Source of the DNA: a virus
Taxonomy: Duplodnaviria; Caudoviricetes
Reading direction: 5' to 3' (one strand)
IMG/VR virus record: IMGVR_UViG_3300033513_000034
Coordinates: 1-37,027 of that record
Length of the DNA: 37,027 nucleotides
Part shown: positions 19,095 through 28,465 of the stretch, one piece after another
Layout of the letters: every line of letters starts with the position of its first letter
How positions within the stretch are numbered: position 1 is the first letter of the stretch
The notes under the pieces: model-generated
Databases searched by the model: none
What the model was told of the DNA's origin: nothing
The model's input: the letters and a program-made list of their open reading frames with translations, nothing else
Program-made: the position numbers and the translations under genes

Positions 19095-19750
19095 AGAGTA
19101 GCCTTCGGGTGGCGCGGGTTGGTGTTCATCTCATTGATGAACTGCTTGTAAAGCCAGTCTACAGTCCGCATGACCGGGTTCTCTTCCGGAGTGCCCGAGT
19201 CAACGCGGGTGTTCCACTGACGCACGTCAGAAGATGCGATGGCAGTCGGAATCAGGCAGTAAGCCGTGGCGGCGTAGGCCAGGGCGCAGTCCACCCAGGC
19301 CGGGACCGGGAGATCCTGGTCGGAGGGGTTCTCACCCTCAGCCACTGCTGGATGATCCCAATAGCGCGTGTACCATACTTCGAAAGTCTCGTCCGATGTG
19401 GGGATCTGGGCGAAGGTGATCTTATCGTCCGTGGTCAGGCGCCAGGTGTTGGATGCGTGCATGGTCGTGCCAAAATACTGGCCCGGCGCAAACACCGCTC
19501 TGGCAATTATATTGCCCTGTACCTTATCAATAACAGCTTCGATTTCGTAGAAGTTGTCAGGCAGGTCAAAGGAACGCTTCACGCCATCGCCCGCGATATC
19601 GTAGTAACTCCGGTCTGGAACCCAGGCCAGGATTGCATCGAGGGCATGGCACACACCATCATTCAGCAGTGCAGCTGAATAGGCGGTGCCGGCCGTGTCG
19701 CTGAGCAGCCGTTGAATTCGATCCACCAGGGCGTTATAACTGACAGACAT
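19091..19750 (-). CDS. head-tail adaptor protein
   Basis: Follows the capsid gene; helical N-terminus (LVDRIQRLLSD), central beta insertion (FDLPDNF), and VPAWVDCALAYAATAY helix typical of adaptors. Confidence 0.65.
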   Translation of the reverse strand: MSVSYNALVDRIQRLLSDTAGTAYSAALLNDGVCHALDAILAWVPDRSYYDIAGDGVKRSFDLPDNFYEIEAVIDKVQGNIIARAVFAPGQYFGTTMHASNTWRLTTDDKITFAQIPTSDETFEVWYTRYWDHPAVAEGENPSDQDLPVPAWVDCALAYAATAYCLIPTAIASSDVRQWNTRVDSGTPEENPVMRTVDWLYKQFINEMNTNPRHPKATL

Positions 19751-21141
19751 TACTGGACTCCTGCCGCACCCTTGATGCGGGTCGTGCCCGAGGAAAAGAC
19801 CACTTCAAAGACTTCGGGGGCATAGGTCTGATAACCCATGTAGGCGTCCCAGGAGAAGCGCTGGACGCTTTCGAAGTCGTCAATGGCCTGCGGAGCATGG
19901 TAGCGAGGTGGGATTGCCACACCGGAAACGATGCCATCGTTGCCGCCCACGAAGATCGAACCGTGGATGTTGCGGCCCTTGGTGACATAGGCGTAAACGC
20001 CGGAACCCAGGTTGGTGTTCATATCGACCATGATCGGCTGGTCGAACACCAGAGTCGTGGCGCCCTTGGCAGTCACGCGCCGGTTGGTCAACGTGCCTTC
20101 GAAGGGATCGACGCCGTTGGTCACACCGTAAGCACTGGTGCGGGTGGTGTGGATGGAAACGATGTCATTCACGCTGATGCTGGCGATAGAACCCACGTCC
20201 CAGGAACCGATCGAGACGTAGTTCTTGATCGCGCCGGTCGTCTGACCGACCATGTAAGTGTTATCCACTTTGGTCGTGCCAGGAGCTGGGGCACCATCAC
20301 CGGCGTTGATTGCGGCATCCACCAGGCCCTGTGCCACGACTTCACCGCAGTTCCACAGGCAGAGCTTGGGGCTCTGCACGAAGCGGATCTGCTTGTATGA
20401 GCCGACCTCGTACTTGAGCAGGGCGGTCGGGTTGGCGTACTGGTTGATGGTGATCCACTGGTCGCCCGCGGACCCACCACCAGTTGCCTTCTGGATGTCG
20501 TAGATGACCGAAGGACTGGTGTAGCATATGATGTTGTTGTTTGCGCCAGCCGCACCGAGAGCAGCGGCCACACCGCGCTGAGCCATACCGAGCCAGATGT
20601 CCATACCGGTATTGACGTTGAAAAGGTCGGTGATCGCCAGGCTGTTGAAGCTCGAGCCTGCGCCCTGGTAGAGCACGAAACCAGAGTCGATCGCGCCTTT
20701 CAGATAGGCATTGCGGGCCAGGAGATCCAACACATCGATCATGTGGTTCCCCAGGGCGCCGCGGGTGATCTGCCGGATGCCTTCCTGGTTGTTCTGGCGC
20801 CAGTAGGTCACAATGTCGTCGTAGAAGTTGTAAGCCACTTTCCCACCGTAGCGGGAGAAAGTGATTTCGACCGACCGGCTATCCAGATGCGAGGCGGGCA
20901 TCCAGATCTGGCGTACTGCCAGGGCGGTCGTGTCGGGGTGCGGATCGAGCAGCTGCGTTACAACCATCTTGGTTGTTCGCACGTCGTACAGGTTCCGCAT
21001 GAACTGGATGGTCGGGGTGAAGAGAGCCTGTTGCCGATATTTTGCGATCAGCTCGGGATCGTACCAAACCCGCTGGTTCTTATCGACTACCGACCAAGGG
21101 TTATCATCATAGTAAAGGTCAAAGTCGCCAGTAGTAGCCAT
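19750..21141 (-). CDS. major capsid protein (HK97 fold, with insertion domain)
   Basis: 463 aa directly after the scaffold; VEITFSRYG, SPSVIYDI, YEVGSYKQIRFVQS and DDFESVQRFSWDAYMG motifs; GGAGG RBS. Confidence 0.85.
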   Translation of the reverse strand: MATTGDFDLYYDDNPWSVVDKNQRVWYDPELIAKYRQQALFTPTIQFMRNLYDVRTTKMVVTQLLDPHPDTTALAVRQIWMPASHLDSRSVEITFSRYGGKVAYNFYDDIVTYWRQNNQEGIRQITRGALGNHMIDVLDLLARNAYLKGAIDSGFVLYQGAGSSFNSLAITDLFNVNTGMDIWLGMAQRGVAAALGAAGANNNIICYTSPSVIYDIQKATGGGSAGDQWITINQYANPTALLKYEVGSYKQIRFVQSPKLCLWNCGEVVAQGLVDAAINAGDGAPAPGTTKVDNTYMVGQTTGAIKNYVSIGSWDVGSIASISVNDIVSIHTTRTSAYGVTNGVDPFEGTLTNRRVTAKGATTLVFDQPIMVDMNTNLGSGVYAYVTKGRNIHGSIFVGGNDGIVSGVAIPPRYHAPQAIDDFESVQRFSWDAYMGYQTYAPEVFEVVFSSGTTRIKGAAGVQ

Positions 21142-21151
21142 ACGCTACCTC

Positions 21152-21766
21152 CTATTTTCGCTTGGCTTCGAGCTCGCGTATCTGTTTGTTCACAGCATCG
21201 AACTCGGCCTTTTTGGTTTGATCCCCAGCCAGGGCATAGGCTTTGACATACAGCCCATCCAACTCCGCGGACTGATCTGCGGGTGCTCCCTGTGGGGAAG
21301 AGGGTGAAGCTCCAGCGAGTGCAGTTTTGGTGCGTTTCTCGATCATGGCGATGATACGTTCCTGCAGCCCCTTGGCGTTCTTGCGAAAGCCATCATCGTC
21401 CTCGGCGGCAGGAATGATATCGGCTAATTCCACCAGGTCAGGAAACTCAGCCATAATGATCTTCTGGAACCCAACAGTCTTTTGGAGTTTAGCTTTTTCT
21501 GTTTCAAGCTCAGACAGCCGGGTAGCTGACGACTTGGATTGTTCTTCAAGTTCCTTGGCCTTGCGTTCTTTCTCTGCCGATGCTTCAGCCAGCCGGGCGG
21601 CTTCCTCCTCACGCGTCTTTTTGGCGGTTTCCGCTTCCTCGGCGCGTTTGGTCAGGCGGTCCAGCTCGGCCTGATTCTTGGCAGCTTGTTCCTGGAACTT
21701 TTTCTCCCAGTCTACTTTGGGCTTTTCGTCCTTTATCTCTTGTTTGTCCTTATCTTCTTCTGGCAT
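21152..21766 (-). CDS. capsid scaffolding protein
   Basis: Charged coiled coil, Pro/Ser linker, short C-terminal helix; directly upstream of the capsid gene. Confidence 0.75.
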   Translation of the reverse strand: MPEEDKDKQEIKDEKPKVDWEKKFQEQAAKNQAELDRLTKRAEEAETAKKTREEEAARLAEASAEKERKAKELEEQSKSSATRLSELETEKAKLQKTVGFQKIIMAEFPDLVELADIIPAAEDDDGFRKNAKGLQERIIAMIEKRTKTALAGASPSSPQGAPADQSAELDGLYVKAYALAGDQTKKAEFDAVNKQIRELEAKRK

Positions 21767-21786
21767 GTTCTTTACTCCTTATGGAT

Positions 21787-22230
21787 CTACAGGTCGAAAT
21801 GCAGACCCTGGCTGATCATTGCGCCGAGTTCGTAGTACTCGACCGCGAATCGGGCAACCCCAGCCACCGGAGTACCGCCCACCGTGAGCATCAGGGTAGG
21901 CGCGGTGTGGTAATACACCCCGTTGGTGAAGGTGTTGTAGTTACCAGCCGTTGCCATGGAGAAGTTGGTGAAGGCGATCAGGGACGTGGATGTGGTTGTG
22001 ATGCCCAGCGAGACGCGCGTGTTGCCATCTGCAACAGTGTGGCAGATGGCGAGGGCGTGCGTGATATACGAGCCAGCCGGGAGAGTTATGACCGCATTGG
22101 TTTCCGAGACGGCCGTGGTGATGGTCTTCTGGAAAAAAATGGTCTTTGGTTCATACGAAACACCCTGGATATCGACAGGGCCCGCTTTGCTAAAGCGGAG
22201 TACGGGTTGAGTTCCCAGCACGAGAGACAT
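21787..22230 (-). CDS. putative capsid decoration/auxiliary protein (147 aa)
   Basis: Thr-rich beta protein with ITLPAGSYI motif in the head module; GGAGGTG before the ATG at 22230. Confidence 0.5.
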   Translation of the reverse strand: MSLVLGTQPVLRFSKAGPVDIQGVSYEPKTIFFQKTITTAVSETNAVITLPAGSYITHALAICHTVADGNTRVSLGITTTSTSLIAFTNFSMATAGNYNTFTNGVYYHTAPTLMLTVGGTPVAGVARFAVEYYELGAMISQGLHFDL

Positions 22231-22358
22231 ATTCACCTCCAGTGAAGTAGAGACGGATGGACCGATTTTCACTATTCATGGTGAATATGTCTGTTCTTTT
22301 GCTGTAAAAAGCCCCCAAAACCTATAAACTTATTGTACTATAAAACCTAACAATAATG

Positions 22359-22721
22359 TCACTTTCCTCCAAGCTTGGAGGACGATTGGGGCGGTTTTTG
22401 CAATCCCTGGGGTATCGGGTGGTCTTTGACCGAGAACTTTGCCTTGATTTTGGCTTCAAAGAGCTGTTTTTCGGTGATTACGGCCCCTTCGTACAATTCT
22501 CCGATATAGGAACAGGCTTCCTGGAAAAGATTCTCCAAAGTAGCCACTTTGCCCTGCATGCGCTCCAACTCGACCATGTAGGGTTTGATCAGGGCTAAAG
22601 CGGCCTGGGAAATGACATCGGCGGCGTCGGCGGTGTTTTTGCGGCGGCTGATGAGCGCGCCGACGATCTGAGGCACGATGGTGATCAGGGCGACGAGTAT
22701 TCCGGCGGTGATTGCATCCAT
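22359..22721 (-). CDS. N-terminally membrane-anchored coiled-coil protein
   Basis: One hydrophobic helix, RRK, then coiled coil; a common phage lysis-associated architecture. Confidence 0.6.
   Translation of the reverse strand: MDAITAGILVALITIVPQIVGALISRRKNTADAADVISQAALALIKPYMVELERMQGKVATLENLFQEACSYIGELYEGAVITEKQLFEAKIKAKFSVKDHPIPQGLQKPPQSSSKLGGK
22366..22381. repeat. 16-bp palindrome CCTCCAAGCTTGGAGG
   Basis: Exact copy in the last codons of 22359..22721, upstream of the head-gene leader. Confidence 0.95.
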
Positions 22722-23029
22722 TAGTGGTTTTCTCCTGCCTTGGCGATAAAGGCGTGGTTGAGGCCTGAAATCAGAATGTAGGGCATAAAGGCCAGGATGA
22801 TGACCGAATGAACGCGGATTATGAGCGACCAGATATTCTGGGTCTGGATCGATAGAGGGAATCCCACCAGAGCAACTGCGTGGAACACCAGGGTATTGGC
22901 GAAATAGGTAAAAACTGGCAACACCAGCCAGATACCACGTTTATACTTCCTGATCCACCAGTTCCAGTTGAAAATGCCCAGGGAGCACAGGATAACGATA
23001 ATCAGGTGTAGTATCTGGTTGGTGTTCAT
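22721..23029 (-). CDS. small three-helix membrane protein
   Basis: Three hydrophobic stretches in 102 aa; TAATG overlap with the next gene. Confidence 0.6.
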   Translation of the reverse strand: MNTNQILHLIIVILCSLGIFNWNWWIRKYKRGIWLVLPVFTYFANTLVFHAVALVGFPLSIQTQNIWSLIIRVHSVIILAFMPYILISGLNHAFIAKAGENH

Positions 23030-23032
23030 CTT

Positions 23033-24511
23033 TTAGCCCTTTTTAGTGTTTACGGTGATGCCAGGTGAGATCTGAAACAACCCAATCTCGTCCAGGCAGT
23101 CGTAAAACCATTTTGAGTGGTCAAAGTGCATCGGGTACAGGTCTTGCTGCCCGAAGTTGACCGTGAAATACAGATACCCGCCGCGTTTCAAAACGCGGCC
23201 TATAGCTTTCAGCATTTCCCGCAGGGGTTCAGCCGGGATATGCTCGAAGACCTCGAAGGATACAACAGCTTCGTAACTATTGTCCGGCACCTTGGTTTCC
23301 CAGCTAGGATCGCCGTACAGGATCGAGCCCAGCCGCTCGTAGCCGGTCAGCAGGTTACGGGTGGTCTTTTCCCGCAGTTTGGAGAAGTCCTGCAGCAGTT
23401 TGTTGGTTTCGATGGACAGGACGTTGTTGCGCTGGAACATGAGCTGGATCGAGACCGTCCCGATGCCGGAACCGATCTCCAGCACGTTCTGATCCCAGAT
23501 GGGGGTGATCTGCTCCTGCAGGCTCTTGAAGGTGTTGGTGTAGTTCCAGTGCAGCAGTTCCATGATGTACTTCTTGCCCGTTTCGGGGTTGGAGTACCAC
23601 TCGTGGACCTCACGCGGCTTGGCGGTGCGGTTGCCGAAGCACTCGCGCCAGTAATCGCCGGCGTCGTGTGGTGTGCCTTTATCGATCTCGGTTTTGGCCT
23701 GCTCCAGTGAGATTTCGTAGAAGTCCTTGTACCACGTGGCTGCGGCTTCCGGGGTGTACTGTGACATAGCCATGCCGCGGTGACGATATCCAGCCTCGAA
23801 TTGGCCGACCGAGATAGGAACATCCAAATAATGGCCGGAAATGAGTGAAAGATCGCAAACGACCGGATAACCGGTCTCCTTGGCTTCAGCGCAGAACACC
23901 AGGTCTTCCGAGTTGCCGCCAGGCCGGTATTCGAAGATGGGTTGCGGCATTTTCTCCAAAACGGAGCGGTGGATCATCATACAACCGGTGGCGACCGCAT
24001 CGCAGTACAAAAGCGGATCGGTGGAGCACTCCTTGACCCAGATCGGGCCATCGGTGGGAGGAATGTGGTTCTGGATGATGAAATCGTGCACCTCGTCGTA
24101 CATGGGCGCCCACAGTTTCCCCATACGTCCATAACCGTCCTTACGATCGTTACAGCGCCGGAAACAGAAGGGTTCGTGGCTGGATCCTCGGTGGAAGTAC
24201 AGAGCGCCGATGATCGGGAGTTTTCGGCCCACCAGGATCTCGCCGCACATGACCGGGTGCTCCATATCCGAGTCAAGCATCAGCAGCCAGTCGGGTTTTT
24301 GGGGCAGGCTGAGAAAAACCTGGATAATGCTGTCCCGGTTATGGTCCACGCGGTGTCCGGAGGCGGGAATCAGGCCACCTTCAGCCATCAGGCCGCGTTG
24401 GGCCAGGTGTGCGATAATAACATCGCGATTATTGACGAAAGCGGGCATCATGGTGCGTTCGACCGGTATTCCGATCGCAATCAGGTTGTTTTTTATCTCT
24501 AAGGGTTCCAT
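23033..24511 (-). CDS. GT-A (GT2-like) glycosyltransferase fused to class I SAM-dependent methyltransferase
   Basis: N-half WLLMLDSD (DxD), ATGCMMIHRSV, SEDLVFC; C-half VLEIGSGIG, FEVFEHI, RVLKRGG. Confidence 0.85.
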   Translation of the reverse strand: MEPLEIKNNLIAIGIPVERTMMPAFVNNRDVIIAHLAQRGLMAEGGLIPASGHRVDHNRDSIIQVFLSLPQKPDWLLMLDSDMEHPVMCGEILVGRKLPIIGALYFHRGSSHEPFCFRRCNDRKDGYGRMGKLWAPMYDEVHDFIIQNHIPPTDGPIWVKECSTDPLLYCDAVATGCMMIHRSVLEKMPQPIFEYRPGGNSEDLVFCAEAKETGYPVVCDLSLISGHYLDVPISVGQFEAGYRHRGMAMSQYTPEAAATWYKDFYEISLEQAKTEIDKGTPHDAGDYWRECFGNRTAKPREVHEWYSNPETGKKYIMELLHWNYTNTFKSLQEQITPIWDQNVLEIGSGIGTVSIQLMFQRNNVLSIETNKLLQDFSKLREKTTRNLLTGYERLGSILYGDPSWETKVPDNSYEAVVSFEVFEHIPAEPLREMLKAIGRVLKRGGYLYFTVNFGQQDLYPMHFDHSKWFYDCLDEIGLFQISPGITVNTKKG

Positions 24512-24521
24512 ATATTCTCCA

Positions 24522-26099
24522 TCATTTTTCAGTCTTGTTTTTTTGGTCTTTTTGAGCGCCTTGTTTAGCCATCAGGGCTGCGCGTTGCTTTTCCTGCTCG
24601 GCGCTGATCTCCAGCTGGATTTGGGCAAGTTCCCGCTTCCAATCAAGCATGCGTCCTTTTTCCTCCTCGATATTATCCACGTCGCCGGTCATTTCGAGCA
24701 AGTGATCGATACTACCCAGGTCGGTGGTTGAACGGTTGACGAGTTCATTGACGAAACTCTCACGATCCTTGGGCAGCATAGGTGCCCACATCTGTTTGGT
24801 GCGGAGTTTGAGCACATTCGGGTCGAGACCGCCGATCTTCTTGGTGTCAAACATGCGGAGCAGGTAATTGGCGATCAGATCCAGCCCAGGTGTCCAGAAG
24901 AAACGTTCGATCCCGGCATGGGCCAGGAGCGGCCAGAAACGCGTGCCCATGGCGGTGCCAGAACGCTGGGAAGCCTCACCGGTGCCGTTAGCGACCTCGG
25001 GCACGAACGAATCCCGGCTATACTGCTCCCACAACTGGTCGAGTAACTGATCCATAGCACCGTTAGCCGAGGGGGTGTGGATCTCTTTCATATTCGGCTC
25101 CGGACCGTTGCCTGACAGATCCTGGTTCGAGCCGAGCTGAACCACTTCCAGAAACGGCGAGATGCGCTCCATACGGATCTGCCCGTTGGTGTTGGCGACC
25201 GTCCGGATGGGGTGCGAGTCGTCGTTGACCGCATCCTCGAAGTCACCGAAAACGCGGTTGAGCTCGTTGATCAACCCTTTCAGGTTATCGATGACATTTT
25301 CGCCGTAAAAGCGGCTGACGCGGATATGTGGGATGTAAACCAGGGGAACAAAGCCAAACGGGTTCTCGGTGGGCAGTTCGGTCATTTCCTTATTGATCCT
25401 GACCTGGACCGGCTGACCATTGACACAGATTTCGCACAGATCACGCGTCCAGTGCTCGGTGTACCAGACTGCGGTGCGGGGAGAGGCCTCGACAAAGCCA
25501 TAGTCTTTCGCCAGGCGCGGGTGGATCTGCTTGAAAACCCAGGCTTCGTTCAGCCGGTATGGATCGCCGCCCTGAGGGTAGCCGATGAACTCTTTTGGCA
25601 GGATAGTCTCAATCGCAAAAGGCCAGATCCGTTCGGTTTCCCACGGCAGGTAGGTCAGTTTGAAGATACAGCCGCCATAGATCTGGGAAAGCAGGGCGTT
25701 ACGGATCTGGACCGCCCGGCCGCCGCTCTGCCAGTAGACGGTGTTGATCAGGTCTTCAGCGTGTTGAGCTGCTTCCAGTTGTTCCTGCGCGGCGACGATT
25801 TTAGTGACCACCAGCGGCTTATCGCTTGGTTCGGTCTCGCCCATCAGCATGTAGGCGTGTTTCTGGATGGTGTTATTCAGGGGGTTGATGCGGGTGGGAT
25901 ACAGATCGTACTTCTCACCAGCGCTTTTCTCGGTCTGGATGGTCTCTTCCCACATTTTGCCATCGAACCAGCGTTCGGCCTCAAAGTATGCTCGTCTCTG
26001 GTTCAGATAGTCTTCCCAAGGAAAGTCCGGGATCTGGGACAGGTTGAAAGTAGGTTCGTACAGGAATTCCTGGATGACTTCAGAGATGGATCTGAGCAT
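24522..26099 (-). CDS. portal protein (SPP1-like)
   Basis: Follows terminase; ~525 aa; ENPFGFVPLVYIPH, SGTAMGTRF and C-terminal helices; GGAGG before the ATG at 26099. Confidence 0.85.
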   Translation of the reverse strand: MLRSISEVIQEFLYEPTFNLSQIPDFPWEDYLNQRRAYFEAERWFDGKMWEETIQTEKSAGEKYDLYPTRINPLNNTIQKHAYMLMGETEPSDKPLVVTKIVAAQEQLEAAQHAEDLINTVYWQSGGRAVQIRNALLSQIYGGCIFKLTYLPWETERIWPFAIETILPKEFIGYPQGGDPYRLNEAWVFKQIHPRLAKDYGFVEASPRTAVWYTEHWTRDLCEICVNGQPVQVRINKEMTELPTENPFGFVPLVYIPHIRVSRFYGENVIDNLKGLINELNRVFGDFEDAVNDDSHPIRTVANTNGQIRMERISPFLEVVQLGSNQDLSGNGPEPNMKEIHTPSANGAMDQLLDQLWEQYSRDSFVPEVANGTGEASQRSGTAMGTRFWPLLAHAGIERFFWTPGLDLIANYLLRMFDTKKIGGLDPNVLKLRTKQMWAPMLPKDRESFVNELVNRSTTDLGSIDHLLEMTGDVDNIEEEKGRMLDWKRELAQIQLEISAEQEKQRAALMAKQGAQKDQKNKTEK

Positions 26100-26155
26100 A
26101 CTGTCCTCCACAATAGAAAAAGCGGCAGGATATCTCTATTCTGTCGCTTTGTTCC

Positions 26156-26164
26156 ATTATAGCA
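26156..26164 (-). promoter_or_regulatory. extended -10 promoter element (TGCTATAAT) upstream of portal
   Basis: Exact TGnTATAAT in the terminase-portal intergenic region. Confidence 0.55.
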
Positions 26165-26208
26165 CAGTTCAACGCCTCACTGACCGCTGGCGGTGCTTCA
26201 GACGCTTC

Positions 26209-27846
26209 CTACCGTCTATAACTACGTAGGGTTCGTCTTGCAACAATGCGTTTTCGACCCTGGACAGCCCCTTCAAGAGCTTCTGAACGATTTTGAGCAA
26301 CCATATCCTCAAGCGCAACATTGAAAAACCTCCTGATTCCGAAAGCGGACATACTCATACAGGCTACGATGTCCTGGGCGATCTTCTTGTCCTCTTCGTA
26401 CTCGTAATTGGTGAGCTGGGCGCGTATCCCGCCGATAAACTGCGGCCACTGCAGATGAGTGCCTTCCAAAAGCAACCGGAGCGAGATCAAATAGGTCACT
26501 TTCTGCCCGCCGCTGAAGTCCATACCCTGGATGCCGCGCACGATGCCCATAGGGGAGACGTAACCATAACGGTACTCGCTGTCCTCGGCTTCCTGGGCCC
26601 GTTCGAAGCGTTTCCGGAACAAGTGCTCGTTGATCAGCTGGGCGGTGTTCTTCTGCGGACCGGTGGAATCGATGCCGGTGGCGATCGGTGAGTACAGATC
26701 CATCAAATCAAACATCTTATCTACAAAAGGATGGATCGAGCTGTGACCGAAACCCCACCAGAAGTTAGCCAGCTGAGCGCAGCGACTAGGGAAGTTATCC
26801 GGGATCTCCCACATCATCAGGACCGGCGCATTGCGTTTGGGAGCATCGTCGATGCCCGGATCGCCAAAGAGCATATAAATATGGCCTTTTCGAGGCGGGA
26901 GTTGCCAGGAGACGATGCCAGCGCCCTGCACCTTCCGCACGGCATAACCGGCCTGGTTGATGTTCTCCAGCGTGATCTGGTTCAGGATCTGGCTTTCGCA
27001 AGCCGAAACGCTCTCCTTGCTGAAATAATGACCGCGGCCTTCGGGTCGTGTTCCATCAATAAAGCGTTCGCGTTGGTCCTCGGGGATACGGGCCAGCATG
27101 CGCCGCAGCTGGTTGGGAGTGACGTTCAGGTTATCACGTGAGCTGACGACGATCGACAGGTAGTTTTCGGGATCACTGGCAGCCATATCGAAGTAGTACC
27201 AGAAATACCAGTTTTCCCAGGGGTTGGAGGTCATACTGAAGCGGCCCAACCGTTCCCGGCCCTGGATGGTGCCACGCAGACGGGAGCCGACATTGGTGAT
27301 CGTGCCTTCCAGGTCTTCGATCTGGGCGGCCTCATCGATATTCAGCCAATCGCCTTCCCAGCCCAGGATAGCATTAGCGTTCTTATCCACCGACATAAAC
27401 TCCATGGTGGACTCATGCAACTCGTTCCCGATCTTATAGCGAATGATGATCTTGGGGTAGGGTGCCTTGTAAAACGTCATCAGGTCAGCAGCGCGGGTGT
27501 TCTTGGACCAATCCATCAGCTTCTCGAACATCAGGTTGGACTGCCATAGGGTTTGGGCGGCGTTCAGGAACTTGAAGTCATTCGTTTCCATACCCCAGAA
27601 CCAACCGCCCATCCCGATCCCCAGCGTCTTGCCGCTTCCGAATCCCCCATCTACCACGATGTCTGACTGAGCCGCCAGGCACACGTGTTCCTGCCACTTG
27701 CCTTGATCCCGAAAGTTATCGTCGAATATCCATCCTTTCTCGGCACCGGGCTTCTTGAAGAAGTAGTTGGTGACGAGCGATGGATGCTGTTGTCCCTCCC
27801 GCAACAACTCGATCTCTTCGGGAGTTAGAACGACGACCCTGGGCAC
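26209..27846 (-). CDS. terL: terminase large subunit
   Basis: Walker A GGFGSGKT, Walker B WLNIDEAA, coupling motif TSNP, RNase H-like FGDPG, GIDSTG and QDIV. Confidence 0.92.
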   Translation of the reverse strand: MPRVVVLTPEEIELLREGQQHPSLVTNYFFKKPGAEKGWIFDDNFRDQGKWQEHVCLAAQSDIVVDGGFGSGKTLGIGMGGWFWGMETNDFKFLNAAQTLWQSNLMFEKLMDWSKNTRAADLMTFYKAPYPKIIIRYKIGNELHESTMEFMSVDKNANAILGWEGDWLNIDEAAQIEDLEGTITNVGSRLRGTIQGRERLGRFSMTSNPWENWYFWYYFDMAASDPENYLSIVVSSRDNLNVTPNQLRRMLARIPEDQRERFIDGTRPEGRGHYFSKESVSACESQILNQITLENINQAGYAVRKVQGAGIVSWQLPPRKGHIYMLFGDPGIDDAPKRNAPVLMMWEIPDNFPSRCAQLANFWWGFGHSSIHPFVDKMFDLMDLYSPIATGIDSTGPQKNTAQLINEHLFRKRFERAQEAEDSEYRYGYVSPMGIVRGIQGMDFSGGQKVTYLISLRLLLEGTHLQWPQFIGGIRAQLTNYEYEEDKKIAQDIVACMSMSAFGIRRFFNVALEDMVAQNRSEALEGAVQGRKRIVARRTLRSYRR

Positions 27847-27847
27847 A

Positions 27848-28249
27848 TTACCACGCTGTTTTCTTGCGTAATGTGCTCTTGAACTTCTCTTCCGCTCCCA
27901 TCATATCCCAATAATTCACCAGGATCGGTATGTTCTGCTCCAACTTGCGCTGGAGCTCGAGCGCGTCCGGACCGCAGAAGACATAGGTCAGGATGACCTT
28001 GCCGTTCTCCCGTTCCACGTCGATCCGGTGGATCGGGATCGCCAGGGCGATAAACAGGTATATTTCCCAGCGATCGTTGGTGGTGAACTTTTCCAGCACC
28101 TTCTCCACGGTCGGAGTGCAGGGCTGGAGGGAACTGACATCCCCGACCGTGGTGGACTTCACCACCAGCGGCAGGGTCGTAACAGGCGTCGTGATAGGGG
28201 CTGGACCGAGAAACTCAGTGGTTCCGGTGGAAGATTGCGGTGTAATCAT
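27848..28249 (-). CDS. hypothetical protein (133 aa), in the position of a small terminase but without recognisable motifs
   Basis: AGAGG RBS; abuts terL. Confidence 0.55.
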   Translation of the reverse strand: MITPQSSTGTTEFLGPAPITTPVTTLPLVVKSTTVGDVSSLQPCTPTVEKVLEKFTTNDRWEIYLFIALAIPIHRIDVERENGKVILTYVFCGPDALELQRKLEQNIPILVNYWDMMGAEEKFKSTLRKKTAW

Positions 28250-28258
28250 TTTTCCTCT

Positions 28259-28465
28259 CTATTTGAAACCGAAGGACATACTTTCGTATCCCGCTTCGGT
28301 CTGTTCCACAAAGATGGCTTCTTCCCCGTTCCCTAGCACGCGGTACAACTTGTTATTGGCGTTGAGATAACCCGCTTTCTTATCCCAACAGGCGTACAGG
28401 TAATCCCAACCGGTATCCTTACGATGGATGACCTGGCCCTGCTTCTGCTTCTTGTTCTCTGCCAT
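28259..28465 (-). CDS. hypothetical protein (68 aa)
   Basis: GGAGG before the ATG at 28465 (MAENKK...). Confidence 0.6.
   Translation of the reverse strand: MAENKKQKQGQVIHRKDTGWDYLYACWDKKAGYLNANNKLYRVLGNGEEAIFVEQTEAGYESMSFGFK

Noticed and set aside
16965-26162. Long + strand ORFs (16965..17891, 18186..19151, 25212..26162 and others)
   Set aside because: Antisense shadows of well-supported structural genes, with no recognisable motifs.
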